A stretch of 33,982 bases of DNA from a virus (lineage: Duplodnaviria; Caudoviricetes). The notes beneath the pieces are model-generated. The model saw only the letters and a program-made list of their open reading frames with translations. It made no database searches and was not told where the DNA came from. Position 1 is the first letter of the stretch. Each line of letters starts with the position of its first letter. Location of the stretch: positions 1 through 33,982 of IMG/VR virus record IMGVR_UViG_3300037465_000379; one strand, 5' to 3'. Made by a program: the position numbers and the translations under genes. This document shows positions 1 to 8,113 of the stretch, in pieces.

Positions 1-80
1 GCGCGGCAAAGCCCGACAGAAAACTAGCCGGGCGCCTAACACGGTATTGACGGCCAGGACTGACGCCCGCGTCGCGTTGC

Positions 81-180
81 CAGGGCCCCAGCGGGGCGCG
101 GAGGCGCGCGATCTGGTTGGAGGTGCTACCGGCCTAGCGCAGGCGGCCGGCGCGCGTCCTGGAGCCTCCTAGGCGCCCTG
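81..180 (-). repeat. Dispersed imperfect palindromic element, copy 1
   Basis: The reverse complement reads cagggcgcctaggaggc...GGTAGC-11nt-GATCGcgcgcctccgcgccccgctggggccctg. It aligns by eye with 14492-14594 and 32428-32530. Confidence 0.7.
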
Positions 181-362
181 GCGCGCGGTGCGCCTGGCGG
201 GGGCGCCGTGCGGGGCGCCGGGGTGGGGGCGGGTGCGGCGGGCGGCGGGCAGGTGCAGCGCTGCAGTTATTTCTTGGCGCCGCCTGCGGGGGCGGCGCCT
301 CGGAAAACCCTGCGCCTTGCCAACGTGCAGGGCGTCGGACATCGTTGCACCGTGAGGTGTGC

Positions 363-1016
363 ATGCCCAAAATGACGATCTCCGAATATGCGGCGCACCG
401 TGGCGTTACGCGGCCGGCGGTCTACGACGCCTTGAACAAGGGCAAGATCGTGCGCGAGCCCGACGGGCGGATCGACTCGGAGGTGGCGGATCGGCAATGG
501 CCGCCGCGCGAGGCGGTCCTGTTGCATCCGCGGGCGCACCGCACCGAGGCACAGACGGTGGGTTTGATTGACCAGGCGGCGCGGCTGCAGGAGGAGCATG
601 CGATGCGTCGTGGGGCGCAGAGGGTGAACGGTGCGGCGGCGGGAGGGGCGCGCGTGCGCCGGGATGAAAGTGCGCGGAACGGGCACGGCGGCGGGGAGGC
701 GGACCGGGGCCAGGCGCAGGCCGACGGCATGTCGTACCTGGCCGTGCGGATGCAGCACGAGCGGGTGCGTGCGACGATCGCGGCCCTGCGGCTGCGGCGG
801 GAGCGTGGCGAGCTGGTCGAGGTGGCGAAGGCCAGTCAGATGTTCGCGAAGGCGGCGCGGCAAATTCGCGACGCCTTGCAGAACTGGCCGGTGCGCATCG
901 CCGGGCCGCTGGCGGCGGAGCTGGGCGTCGATCCGCACCGCCTGCAGCAGGTCCTCTCGCGCGAGATCGGCGCGTTTCTGACCGAGATGGCGGAGCCGCG
1001 GCTGTACCTGGACTGA
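363..1016 (+). CDS. terS: Terminase small subunit (Nu1-like, N-terminal HTH)
   Basis: N-terminal HTH-like MTISEYAAHRGVTRPAVYDAL; C-terminal LRRERGELV...IRDALQNWPVRIAGPLAAELG is typical of GpA-associated TerS. GAGGTG RBS before ATG 363, directly upstream of TerL. Confidence 0.85.
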   Translation: MPKMTISEYAAHRGVTRPAVYDALNKGKIVREPDGRIDSEVADRQWPPREAVLLHPRAHRTEAQTVGLIDQAARLQEEHAMRRGAQRVNGAAAGGARVRRDESARNGHGGGEADRGQAQADGMSYLAVRMQHERVRATIAALRLRRERGELVEVAKASQMFAKAARQIRDALQNWPVRIAGPLAAELGVDPHRLQQVLSREIGAFLTEMAEPRLYLD

Positions 1017-1028
1017 TCGCGGGGACGG

Positions 1029-3071
1029 ATGCCTCTCGACGAGGGCGCGCTGGCCTACCAGGACTTGGCGATCGCTTGGGGAGGCGCGCTCAAGCCCGAA
1101 CCGGCGATGACGGTGTCGGAGTGGGCCGACCGGCATCGGGTGCTGGGCAATCGGCAGGCGGCCGAGCCCGGGCCCTGGCGGACGTCGCGGACGCCTTACC
1201 TGCGCGCGATCATGGACGCGCTCTCGCCGTCGCATCCGGCGCGGCGTGTGGTTTTCATGAAGGGGGCGCAGATCGGCGGCACGGAATGCGGGGTCAACTG
1301 GCTCGGGTTCATCATCCACCATGCCCCGGGCGCGATCCTGGCGGTGCAGCCGCACCTGGACCTGGCGAAGCGGTTCTCGCGGCAGCGCATCGACGCCCTG
1401 ATCCAGGAGACGCCGGCGGTGCGCGATCTGGTGGCGCCTGCGAAAGCGCGCGATCGTGCGAACAGCACGCTCATGAAGGAATTCCCGCTGGGCGTGCTGG
1501 TGATGACGGGGGCCAATGCGCCGGCCGGTCTGCGGCAGATGCCGGTGCGGTACCTGTTCCTGGACGAGGTGGACGCCTATCCGGTCTCGGCGGGCAAGGA
1601 GGGCGACCCGATCGCGCTGGCGGAGGCCCGGACGCAGAATTCGTCCTGGCGCGCGAAAATCTTCCTGGTCTCGACGCCGACGCTGGAGGGGGCGTCGCGG
1701 ATCGCGGACGAGTACGCGCGGTCGAACCGGCAGCGCTACTTCGTGCCGTGCCCGCATTGCGGTCACCGGCAATGGTTGCGCTGGGAGCGGCTGTCCTGGC
1801 GGGAAGGCGAGCCCGAGTCGGTGGTCTACCTCTGCGAGGCGTGCGGCGTCGGCATCGAGGAGCGGTACAAGACCGAGATGCTGACGGCGGGCTCGTGGGA
1901 GGCGACGGCGACGTCGGAGGACCCGCACACGGTCGGGTTCCATCTGTCGTCGCTCTATTCGCCGCTGGGGTGGTTGTCCTGGGCGTCGATCGTGCGGCAG
2001 CGCGAGCGGATCGTCACGGACGAGCAGCACCAGGCGTTCAAGAACAGCGTGCTGGGCGAGACGTGGCGGCCGCGGGGCGAGGCGCCGCCGTGGGAGGCGC
2101 TCCTTGAGCGGCGCGAGGAATGGTCGCCGCGGGCGTTGCCGGCGGGCGTGCTGCTGCTGACCGCCGGGGTGGACGTGCAGGGCGACCGGCTGGAGGCCCG
2201 GGTGTGGGGCTGGGGCCGAGGCGGGCAGCGCTGGCTCGTGGCGGTGGCGGTGATGCCGGGTGACCCGGCGCGTGCCGAGACCTGGCGTGGCGTGGACCAG
2301 ATGCTGAGCAGCGCGTGGCCGAGCGAGCTGGGTGGGCAACTGCAGATTTCGCGGATCGCGGTGGACACCGGCTACGCCACCGAGGACGTCTACACCTGGG
2401 CGCGGCGCTACGCGGCGTCGCTGGTGATGCTGGTCAAGGGCGACTCGCGGCGGCTCGGGGCGATCGGGGCGCGGCGTGCGGCGGAGGTGACCTCGCAGGG
2501 CAAGTCCCGGCGCTACGGGGTGCACGTCTGGCCGGTGAACCCGGGCCCGCTGAAATCCCGCCTCTACGGGGCGCTGCGGCAGCCCGCGCCCGGTGCGGGC
2601 GAGCCCTGGCCGCCGGGCTGGGTGCATCTTCCGAGCTGGTGCAGCGAGGACGAAATCCGGCAGCTCACCGCCGAGCAGTTGGTGCGGATCATCACGCGGT
2701 CGGGTGTCCCGAAGTTCGAATGGCAGTTGCCGTCGGGGCGGCGCAACGAGGCGCTGGACTGCGCGATCTACGCGCACGCGGCGGCGATCTCGCTCGGGAT
2801 CGACCGCTGGGCGGAGCAGCGCTGGGCGCAGTTGGAGCGGCAACTGACCGTCGCGCAGCGCTCGCTCTACGAGCTGCTGGACCGGCCTGACGCGCCCGCC
2901 GCGCCGGCCGAGCCGGCCGCCCCCGAGGCGCCCGAGGCGCCCGACGGGCCGCCGGGGCCGGTGCCGGTGCCGCCGATCGTGACGGGGCGCCTGCCGGCGC
3001 CAGGGCGGCCCGGTGCGGTGGGCCCGCCGGCGTCGCGGCGCCGGGTGGTCACGTCGAGCTACGTGCTCTGA
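1029..3071 (+). CDS. terL: Terminase large subunit, lambda GpA family
   Basis: Motifs TVSEWAD, GPWRTSRTPYLR, KGAQIGGTE (Walker A), LFLDEVDAY (Walker B), STPT, CPHC..CEAC, GVDVQ, DTG and RNEALDC; Pro-rich C-terminal tail. Confidence 0.97.
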   Translation: MPLDEGALAYQDLAIAWGGALKPEPAMTVSEWADRHRVLGNRQAAEPGPWRTSRTPYLRAIMDALSPSHPARRVVFMKGAQIGGTECGVNWLGFIIHHAPGAILAVQPHLDLAKRFSRQRIDALIQETPAVRDLVAPAKARDRANSTLMKEFPLGVLVMTGANAPAGLRQMPVRYLFLDEVDAYPVSAGKEGDPIALAEARTQNSSWRAKIFLVSTPTLEGASRIADEYARSNRQRYFVPCPHCGHRQWLRWERLSWREGEPESVVYLCEACGVGIEERYKTEMLTAGSWEATATSEDPHTVGFHLSSLYSPLGWLSWASIVRQRERIVTDEQHQAFKNSVLGETWRPRGEAPPWEALLERREEWSPRALPAGVLLLTAGVDVQGDRLEARVWGWGRGGQRWLVAVAVMPGDPARAETWRGVDQMLSSAWPSELGGQLQISRIAVDTGYATEDVYTWARRYAASLVMLVKGDSRRLGAIGARRAAEVTSQGKSRRYGVHVWPVNPGPLKSRLYGALRQPAPGAGEPWPPGWVHLPSWCSEDEIRQLTAEQLVRIITRSGVPKFEWQLPSGRRNEALDCAIYAHAAAISLGIDRWAEQRWAQLERQLTVAQRSLYELLDRPDAPAAPAEPAAPEAPEAPDGPPGPVPVPPIVTGRLPAPGRPGAVGPPASRRRVVTSSYVL

Positions 3072-3093
3072 GGCGGCGGATGGAGAGGGGCTG

Positions 3094-4410
3094 ATGGAGA
3101 CTGAGCGGCTGCAGGTGCAGCGCTGGCCGATCGGGCGGCTGCTGCCCTACGCGGCGAACGCGCGGACGCATTCGCCCGCGCAGGTGGCGCAGATCGCAAC
3201 GAGCATCGCGCGGTTCGGGTTCAACGTGCCGTGCACGGTAAACGGGCAGGGCGTGCTGATCGCCGGGCACGGGCGGCTCCTTGCGGCGCAGAGCCTGGGC
3301 ATGCAGGAGGTGCCCGTGATCGTGCTGGACGACCTGTCGGAGACGCAGGTCCGGGCCTACCGGCTGGCGGATAACCAGATCGCCCTGAACGCGTCCTGGG
3401 ACCAGGACCTGCTGGCGGCCGAGGTGGCGGCGTTGCGGGACCTGAACTTCGACCTGCCGGTGCTGGGCTTCGCGGACCGCGAGCTGGACGAGATGCTGCG
3501 GGCGGTGGACCAGCCGGCGGCGGCGGCGGGGCGGGACGAGGACGCGCTGCCGGAGGTCCCCACGACGGCGGTCACGCGCCGCGGCGACCTATGGCAACTG
3601 GGGCGCCATCGGCTGCTGTGCGGCGATGCGACGGCGGCGGCGGACGTGCAGCGGCTGCTGGATGGCGCCGTGCCGGTGCTGATGGTCACCGACCCGCCCT
3701 ACGGGGTGAATTACGACCCGATGTGGCGGGCCCGGGCGCGGCCGCAGCAGCCGCGCGGGACGGTGCCGAACGACGACCGGGCCGATTGGAGCGATGCGTG
3801 GCGGCTGTTCCCCGGGGGCGTCGCCTACGTGTGGCACGCGTCGTTGCAGATGCCGGCGGTGTGGGCCTCGCTGGTGGCGGCGGGCTTCGAAATCCGCAAC
3901 GCGATCATCTGGGTGAAATCGCGCATGGCGCTCAGCCGCGGCGACTACCATTGGCAGCACGAGCCGTGCTTCTACGCCGTGCGGCGCGGGGCCCGCTCGA
4001 ATTGGCAGGGCGATCGGACGCAGACGACCTGCTGGATGATTGCGCCGCACAGCGATTATGGGGATTTGTTCCACGGCACCCAGAAGGTGGTGGAGTGCAT
4101 GCGCCGACCAATCGTGAACAACACGGCGCGGGGCGAGGCGGTCTACGATCCGTTCGTCGGCTCGGGCACGACGCTGATCGCGGCGGAGGACACCGGGCGG
4201 GTCTGCTACGCAATGGACATCGACGAGCGCTATTGCGACCTGGCCATCGTGCGGTGGCAGCAATGGACCGGCGAGGCGGCCCGCCTGGTGGACGGCGGGC
4301 AGACGCTGGCGGAGCTGCAGCTCGCCCGGGAAGTGCGGGTGCCGGCGCCGCCTCCCGCGGCCAGGATCAGCAGGCGGTCAGGAACCCCTGCGCGACGAGC
4401 GAAGCGATGA
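3094..4410 (+). CDS. ParB-like N-terminal domain fused to N6A/N4C DNA methyltransferase
   Basis: ParB/Srx-like NARTHS..QVAQIA.SI..FGF..IAGHGR..YRLADN; catalytic TDPPY; SAM-binding DPFVGSGTT. GGAGAGG upstream of ATG 3094. Confidence 0.92.
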   Translation: METERLQVQRWPIGRLLPYAANARTHSPAQVAQIATSIARFGFNVPCTVNGQGVLIAGHGRLLAAQSLGMQEVPVIVLDDLSETQVRAYRLADNQIALNASWDQDLLAAEVAALRDLNFDLPVLGFADRELDEMLRAVDQPAAAAGRDEDALPEVPTTAVTRRGDLWQLGRHRLLCGDATAAADVQRLLDGAVPVLMVTDPPYGVNYDPMWRARARPQQPRGTVPNDDRADWSDAWRLFPGGVAYVWHASLQMPAVWASLVAAGFEIRNAIIWVKSRMALSRGDYHWQHEPCFYAVRRGARSNWQGDRTQTTCWMIAPHSDYGDLFHGTQKVVECMRRPIVNNTARGEAVYDPFVGSGTTLIAAEDTGRVCYAMDIDERYCDLAIVRWQQWTGEAARLVDGGQTLAELQLAREVRVPAPPPAARISRRSGTPARRAKR

Positions 4411-4663
4411 ACGCGGCCGGCGAGGAGGTGTCCAGGGTCTCGCCGTTCCAGCGCTTGTGACGGACCGCCATCTCCACCATGAACCCCTGACGGGTCGGTT
4501 GTGGGGCCATGCTCAGGCGGCGGAGCTGGTCGATGAGTTCCTCCGGGGTGCGGCCGCGGTAGATGCGCCCGTCGTCGGCGGCGCGGTAGCGCTGTGGGTG
4601 CGTGGTGCGGTGCGTCGTCCGGGTACTGCGTCGCGGCTCTGGCGGGTCGATGCCCTCGGTCAT
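4367..4663 (-). CDS. Small hypothetical protein, third gene of the amidoligase-GGCT cassette
   Basis: ATG 4663 overlaps the GGCT stop (ATGA coupling). Globular-looking C-terminal part GRIYRGRTPEELIDQLRR...FIASLVAQGFL. Confidence 0.7.
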   Translation of the reverse strand: MTEGIDPPEPRRSTRTTHRTTHPQRYRAADDGRIYRGRTPEELIDQLRRLSMAPQPTRQGFMVEMAVRHKRWNGETLDTSSPAAFIASLVAQGFLTAC

Positions 4664-5190
4664 CCCTTGGTTCCTCGCGTGTTGCGGCGGACGGTCTCCG
4701 CGGCGTTCAGGAGCCGCATCCAATCCGCCTGGGTCTCGGGAATGTGCGAAATCCGCGCGCTCCAGGCAAGGATGGCGGTGCGCTGCGCCGTGTGCACCGG
4801 CGACGGGTCGGCGAACCCGAAGTCGCGGTAACCGTCGAGGATGCCGCGGACGTAGGTGGGCGAGCCCGGGTGGTGCGGGCGGAGCGTCGCGCGGTTCATC
4901 TGGTAGGCCATCGCGCGGACCCGGCGCCCGCGCTGGTCATGGGCGGTGACCGTGATGCGCTGGTAGTGGCGCGGGACCCCCTCATAGACGTCGAGGGCCT
5001 GGAGGCAGCGGGGCGTGATGCGCCACAGCGCCGCCGGCACCCGCCCCTTGGGGTCCGCCTCGATGTCGGCGGCGCCGCGGAACACGAGGCGCCAGCCGCG
5101 CAGCATGACGGGCGCCAGCGGCTCGGCGTCCGGGCAGCGGTGGGCCATCTGTTCGAGGTTCATGTTCGATCCGTAGGCGAGATAAAGCAT
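4660..5190 (-). CDS. Gamma-glutamylcyclotransferase (AIG2/GGCT-like)
   Basis: Starts MLYLAYGSNMNLEQMAHRCP (YxAYGSN signature); GWRLVF, LDVYEG and Y..ILDGYRDFG. GGAG RBS upstream of ATG 5190. Confidence 0.92.
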   Translation of the reverse strand: MLYLAYGSNMNLEQMAHRCPDAEPLAPVMLRGWRLVFRGAADIEADPKGRVPAALWRITPRCLQALDVYEGVPRHYQRITVTAHDQRGRRVRAMAYQMNRATLRPHHPGSPTYVRGILDGYRDFGFADPSPVHTAQRTAILAWSARISHIPETQADWMRLLNAAETVRRNTRGTKG

Positions 5191-5195
5191 CGTCG

Positions 5196-6170
5196 TTACT
5201 CCACGGTGCTGCGGGGTGAGGCGCTGAAATGGGCGATCCGCTGCTGGAGGAAGGCTACGGTCTCCGGGCGGATGCCGGCGAAGACGTGGTCGCCCTGGTG
5301 ACTGGTCGCGTGGGTGATCCGGTAGCGGGTGCAGCGGTCGGCGCGCCGGGTGGCGACCACCATCCCGCGGCGGCGGACCTGGGTGGTGATGGCGGCCCGC
5401 ACGCTCTGGGCGCGCCATCCGGTGGCGTGGACCAGTTCGTCCATGGAGGCGCCGTCCTGGCGGCGCAGGAGCGCCACGAGATGGGCGATTTTGGTCCCGG
5501 CCGGAAACTGGATGGCGACCTCGGCGGCGGAGGCGAGCCGCTTGCTCTCGGCCACGAAGTCGAGGACGAAGGAGGCCCAATGGCAGATCTTGTCGGCGTC
5601 TACGGTCCCCCCATGGTGCCGAAACTCGATCGTGCGGTGGCGGATGAAAGACTGGAGGTTGATCTTGAAGTAGCGGTTCGGGAAGGCATGGATAGCCATC
5701 CGGCGCTCATGGTGGACGAGCATGTTGTGCACCGACGGCGTGCTCAGGGCGGCGCTGATCGAATGGCAATAGCGGTTGCTGTCGCCGCGCCGCGAGCGTG
5801 GCATCCAACTGTCGATCGTGGACTCGAACCGGGCGTAGCGGCGGACGATCGTGGCGATGTCCGCGGCGCTGAGGTCCTCCGCGTCGACGTGGACGTGGAG
5901 GCCGGTGCGCCGGTCGACCGTGGCGCCGAGCCGGTCGAGGACGCTGCAGACGCGGCGGATGGCCGCGAAGCCGTCGTCGCCGCAGAGGATCGGCGAGACC
6001 GCCTCGAAGCCGGACGGGATGCTCCCGTCGTAGGCGATCCGCCACGAATTCCTGGCGCGGTCGGGATCGTAGCCCCGAAGGAACGCAGGGATGCCGGCGT
6101 TCGCCAGGGCGGTCACGACCTGTTCGCGGCTGGCCCCGTAGGCCTCAATCTCAACGCCGAACCGTCGCAT
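5196..6170 (-). CDS. Putative amidoligase (glutamine-synthetase-fold COOH-NH2 ligase, Amidoligase_2-like) with an embedded DUF3489-like winged-helix domain
   Basis: Motifs FGVEIE, DGS, EAVSP, GLHVHV, RYFKINL and TIEFRHHGGT. The segment GTKIAHLVALLRRQDGASMDELVHATGWRAQSVRAAI..RYRI matches the DUF3489 pattern. AAGGAG RBS before ATG 6170. Confidence 0.88.
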   Translation of the reverse strand: MRRFGVEIEAYGASREQVVTALANAGIPAFLRGYDPDRARNSWRIAYDGSIPSGFEAVSPILCGDDGFAAIRRVCSVLDRLGATVDRRTGLHVHVDAEDLSAADIATIVRRYARFESTIDSWMPRSRRGDSNRYCHSISAALSTPSVHNMLVHHERRMAIHAFPNRYFKINLQSFIRHRTIEFRHHGGTVDADKICHWASFVLDFVAESKRLASAAEVAIQFPAGTKIAHLVALLRRQDGASMDELVHATGWRAQSVRAAITTQVRRRGMVVATRRADRCTRYRITHATSHQGDHVFAGIRPETVAFLQQRIAHFSASPRSTVE

Positions 6171-6351
6171 GGCAGGCTCCTTTTGGCGCCGGCAGTTCAT
6201 CGTGAAGCCGGGTGCAGCGGAAGCGCGCCTGCTGCATACCTGCCTTGCGCGTGGCGCATGGGCGGCCACGTTGGCGGCGCGGCGGGCGCGTGGTACGGTC
6301 TGGCGCCGCTTGCCCGACCGGTGTGAGCCGGCCCCCACGATGGAGGGAACG

Positions 6352-6561
6352 GTGCCCAGCACCATCGAGGAGCAGATTGCCGCGCTGGAGAAGGCGCTGG
6401 CGTCGCCCGAAAGCGAGGTGGAGTCGGGCGCGCACCGGGTGCGCTACCGCTCCGTCGAGGAGCTGCTCAACGCGATCGCGGCGCTGAGGCAGGCCGAGCA
6501 GGCGAGCACGCAGGGCGCGCCGCGGCGCGTGGTCAAGGTGATCGCCAGCAAGGACCTGTGA
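6352..6561 (+). CDS. Head-tail joining protein, gpW-like
   Basis: EQIAALEKALAS...RVRYRSVEELLNAIAAL pattern, immediately before the portal. GGAGGG RBS before GTG 6352 (alternative ATG 6340). Confidence 0.85.
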   Translation: MPSTIEEQIAALEKALASPESEVESGAHRVRYRSVEELLNAIAALRQAEQASTQGAPRRVVKVIASKDL

Positions 6562-6577
6562 GGCCGGAGAGGCGCCC

Positions 6578-8113
6578 ATGACGAAGCCGCGCATCCGGGT
6601 CCCGGCGGGGTACGATTACCGGACGGCCAGCCCGACGCAGGCGCTCAGCATCCGCGCCAACTTCGAGGCGACGCAGGGCCGGCGGCGGCTGGCGACCTGG
6701 AAGGCCACGTCGAGTCACGTCAACCGCATCCTGACCGGCAGCGGGCAGACGCTGCGGGACCGCGCGCGGGACCTGATCCGGAACAATGCCTACGCGGCCA
6801 GCGCCGCCGAGAGCTTCGCCGCGAACGTGGTCGGCGCGGGCATCGTCCCGCGCAGCCGGACCGGCGACGCGACGCTGCGCCTGGCGCTGCAGCAGGCGTT
6901 CGAGGCGTGGGTGGACGAGGCGGACCATGCCGGGCGGACCAGCTTCTACGGGCTGCAGGCGCTGGTGGCGCGGGCGCTGTTCGAGGCCGGCGAGGCGTTC
7001 GTCCGGCCGCTGGTGATCGATGACCAGGCGCCCGGGGTGGTGCCGTTGCAGCTCCAAGTGTTCGAGGCCGAGCAGGTGCCGGTGGAGGACACCCGCGCCC
7101 TGCCCGACGGGCGGGTGGTGCGCTGCGGCGTCGAGATGGACGCGCGCGGGCGCCGCCTGGCCTACTGGGTGTATCCGCAGCACCCGGGCGACACGCCGAG
7201 CCTCTTGGGGGCAAACGAGACGGTCCGCCTGCCGGCCGCGGAGCTGCTGCACGTCTACCAGCAGGGCCGGCCCGGGCAGGTGCGCGGGACGCCGTGGATC
7301 ACGCGGGCGATGGTCCGGATGCACCTGCTGGACCAGTACGACGACGCCGAGCTGGATCGGAAGAAGGTGGCGGCGCTGATCGCCGGCTTCATCCATGCGC
7401 CGCTCACCGGCGACGAGGCCCCGCAGGGCACGGAGCCTGATCCGGCGGACGAGAACGCGCTGCTGGCCAACTGGCAGCCCGGCACGCTGATGAAGCTGCT
7501 GCCCGGCGAGCAGGTGACGTTCTCGGAGCCCGCCGATCTGGGTGGCGCCTATGAGCAGTTCCAGTTCCGCTCGCTGAGCGCGATCTGCGCCGGCATGGGG
7601 CTGCCCTACTGGACCGTCACGGGCGACCTTCGGCAAGCCAACTACAGCTCGCTGCGCGCCGGGCTGGTCGAATTCCGGCAGCGGGTGGAGCAGTTGCAGT
7701 ACACCGTCCTGGTGCCGCAGCTCTGCCGGCCGGTCTGGCACGCTTGGTTGCGCACGGCGGCGATGGCGGGGACCATCCCTGGGCTCACGCCGCGGGTGTT
7801 GGCGCGGGACTGGGCCGACGTGAGCCGGGTCGAGTGGTTGGCGCCGAAGCAGGCGTGGGTGGACCCGGAGAAGGACGCGAAGGCGGAGGTCCTGGAGATC
7901 CAGGCCGGCCTCAAAAGCCGGTCGCAGGCGGTGGCGGAGCGCGGCTACGACGTCGAGGACGTCGACCGGCAGCAGGCCGAGGATCGCCAGCGCGAGCGTG
8001 CGCTGGGACTGGCGTACGGGATGGCGGGCGCGGTACCGCCGCAGCGGTCGGAGCCCGACCAGGACGAGGCGGGCCAGGGCGAGGCCGAGCCGGCACGGGA
8101 GAAGGCAGCATGA
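6578..8113 (+). CDS. Portal protein, lambda family
   Basis: LRDRARDLIRNN, GEAF, RPGQVRGTPW, GDLRQANYSSLR and WVDPEKD..GLKSRSQ motifs. Confidence 0.96.
   Translation: MTKPRIRVPAGYDYRTASPTQALSIRANFEATQGRRRLATWKATSSHVNRILTGSGQTLRDRARDLIRNNAYAASAAESFAANVVGAGIVPRSRTGDATLRLALQQAFEAWVDEADHAGRTSFYGLQALVARALFEAGEAFVRPLVIDDQAPGVVPLQLQVFEAEQVPVEDTRALPDGRVVRCGVEMDARGRRLAYWVYPQHPGDTPSLLGANETVRLPAAELLHVYQQGRPGQVRGTPWITRAMVRMHLLDQYDDAELDRKKVAALIAGFIHAPLTGDEAPQGTEPDPADENALLANWQPGTLMKLLPGEQVTFSEPADLGGAYEQFQFRSLSAICAGMGLPYWTVTGDLRQANYSSLRAGLVEFRQRVEQLQYTVLVPQLCRPVWHAWLRTAAMAGTIPGLTPRVLARDWADVSRVEWLAPKQAWVDPEKDAKAEVLEIQAGLKSRSQAVAERGYDVEDVDRQQAEDRQRERALGLAYGMAGAVPPQRSEPDQDEAGQGEAEPAREKAA

Noticed and set aside
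267-2843. 858-aa minus-strand ORF (likewise 13740-17393, 19394-22396 and many other long overlapping ORFs)
   Set aside because: These are antisense or alternate-frame shadows of clear phage genes in high-GC DNA. They are Arg/Pro-rich with no motifs.
2890-2950. Short direct repeats (cccgaggcg) at the end of terL
   Set aside because: They encode a Pro/Ala/Glu low-complexity tail (APEAPEAP). They are not a CRISPR array or regulatory repeat.
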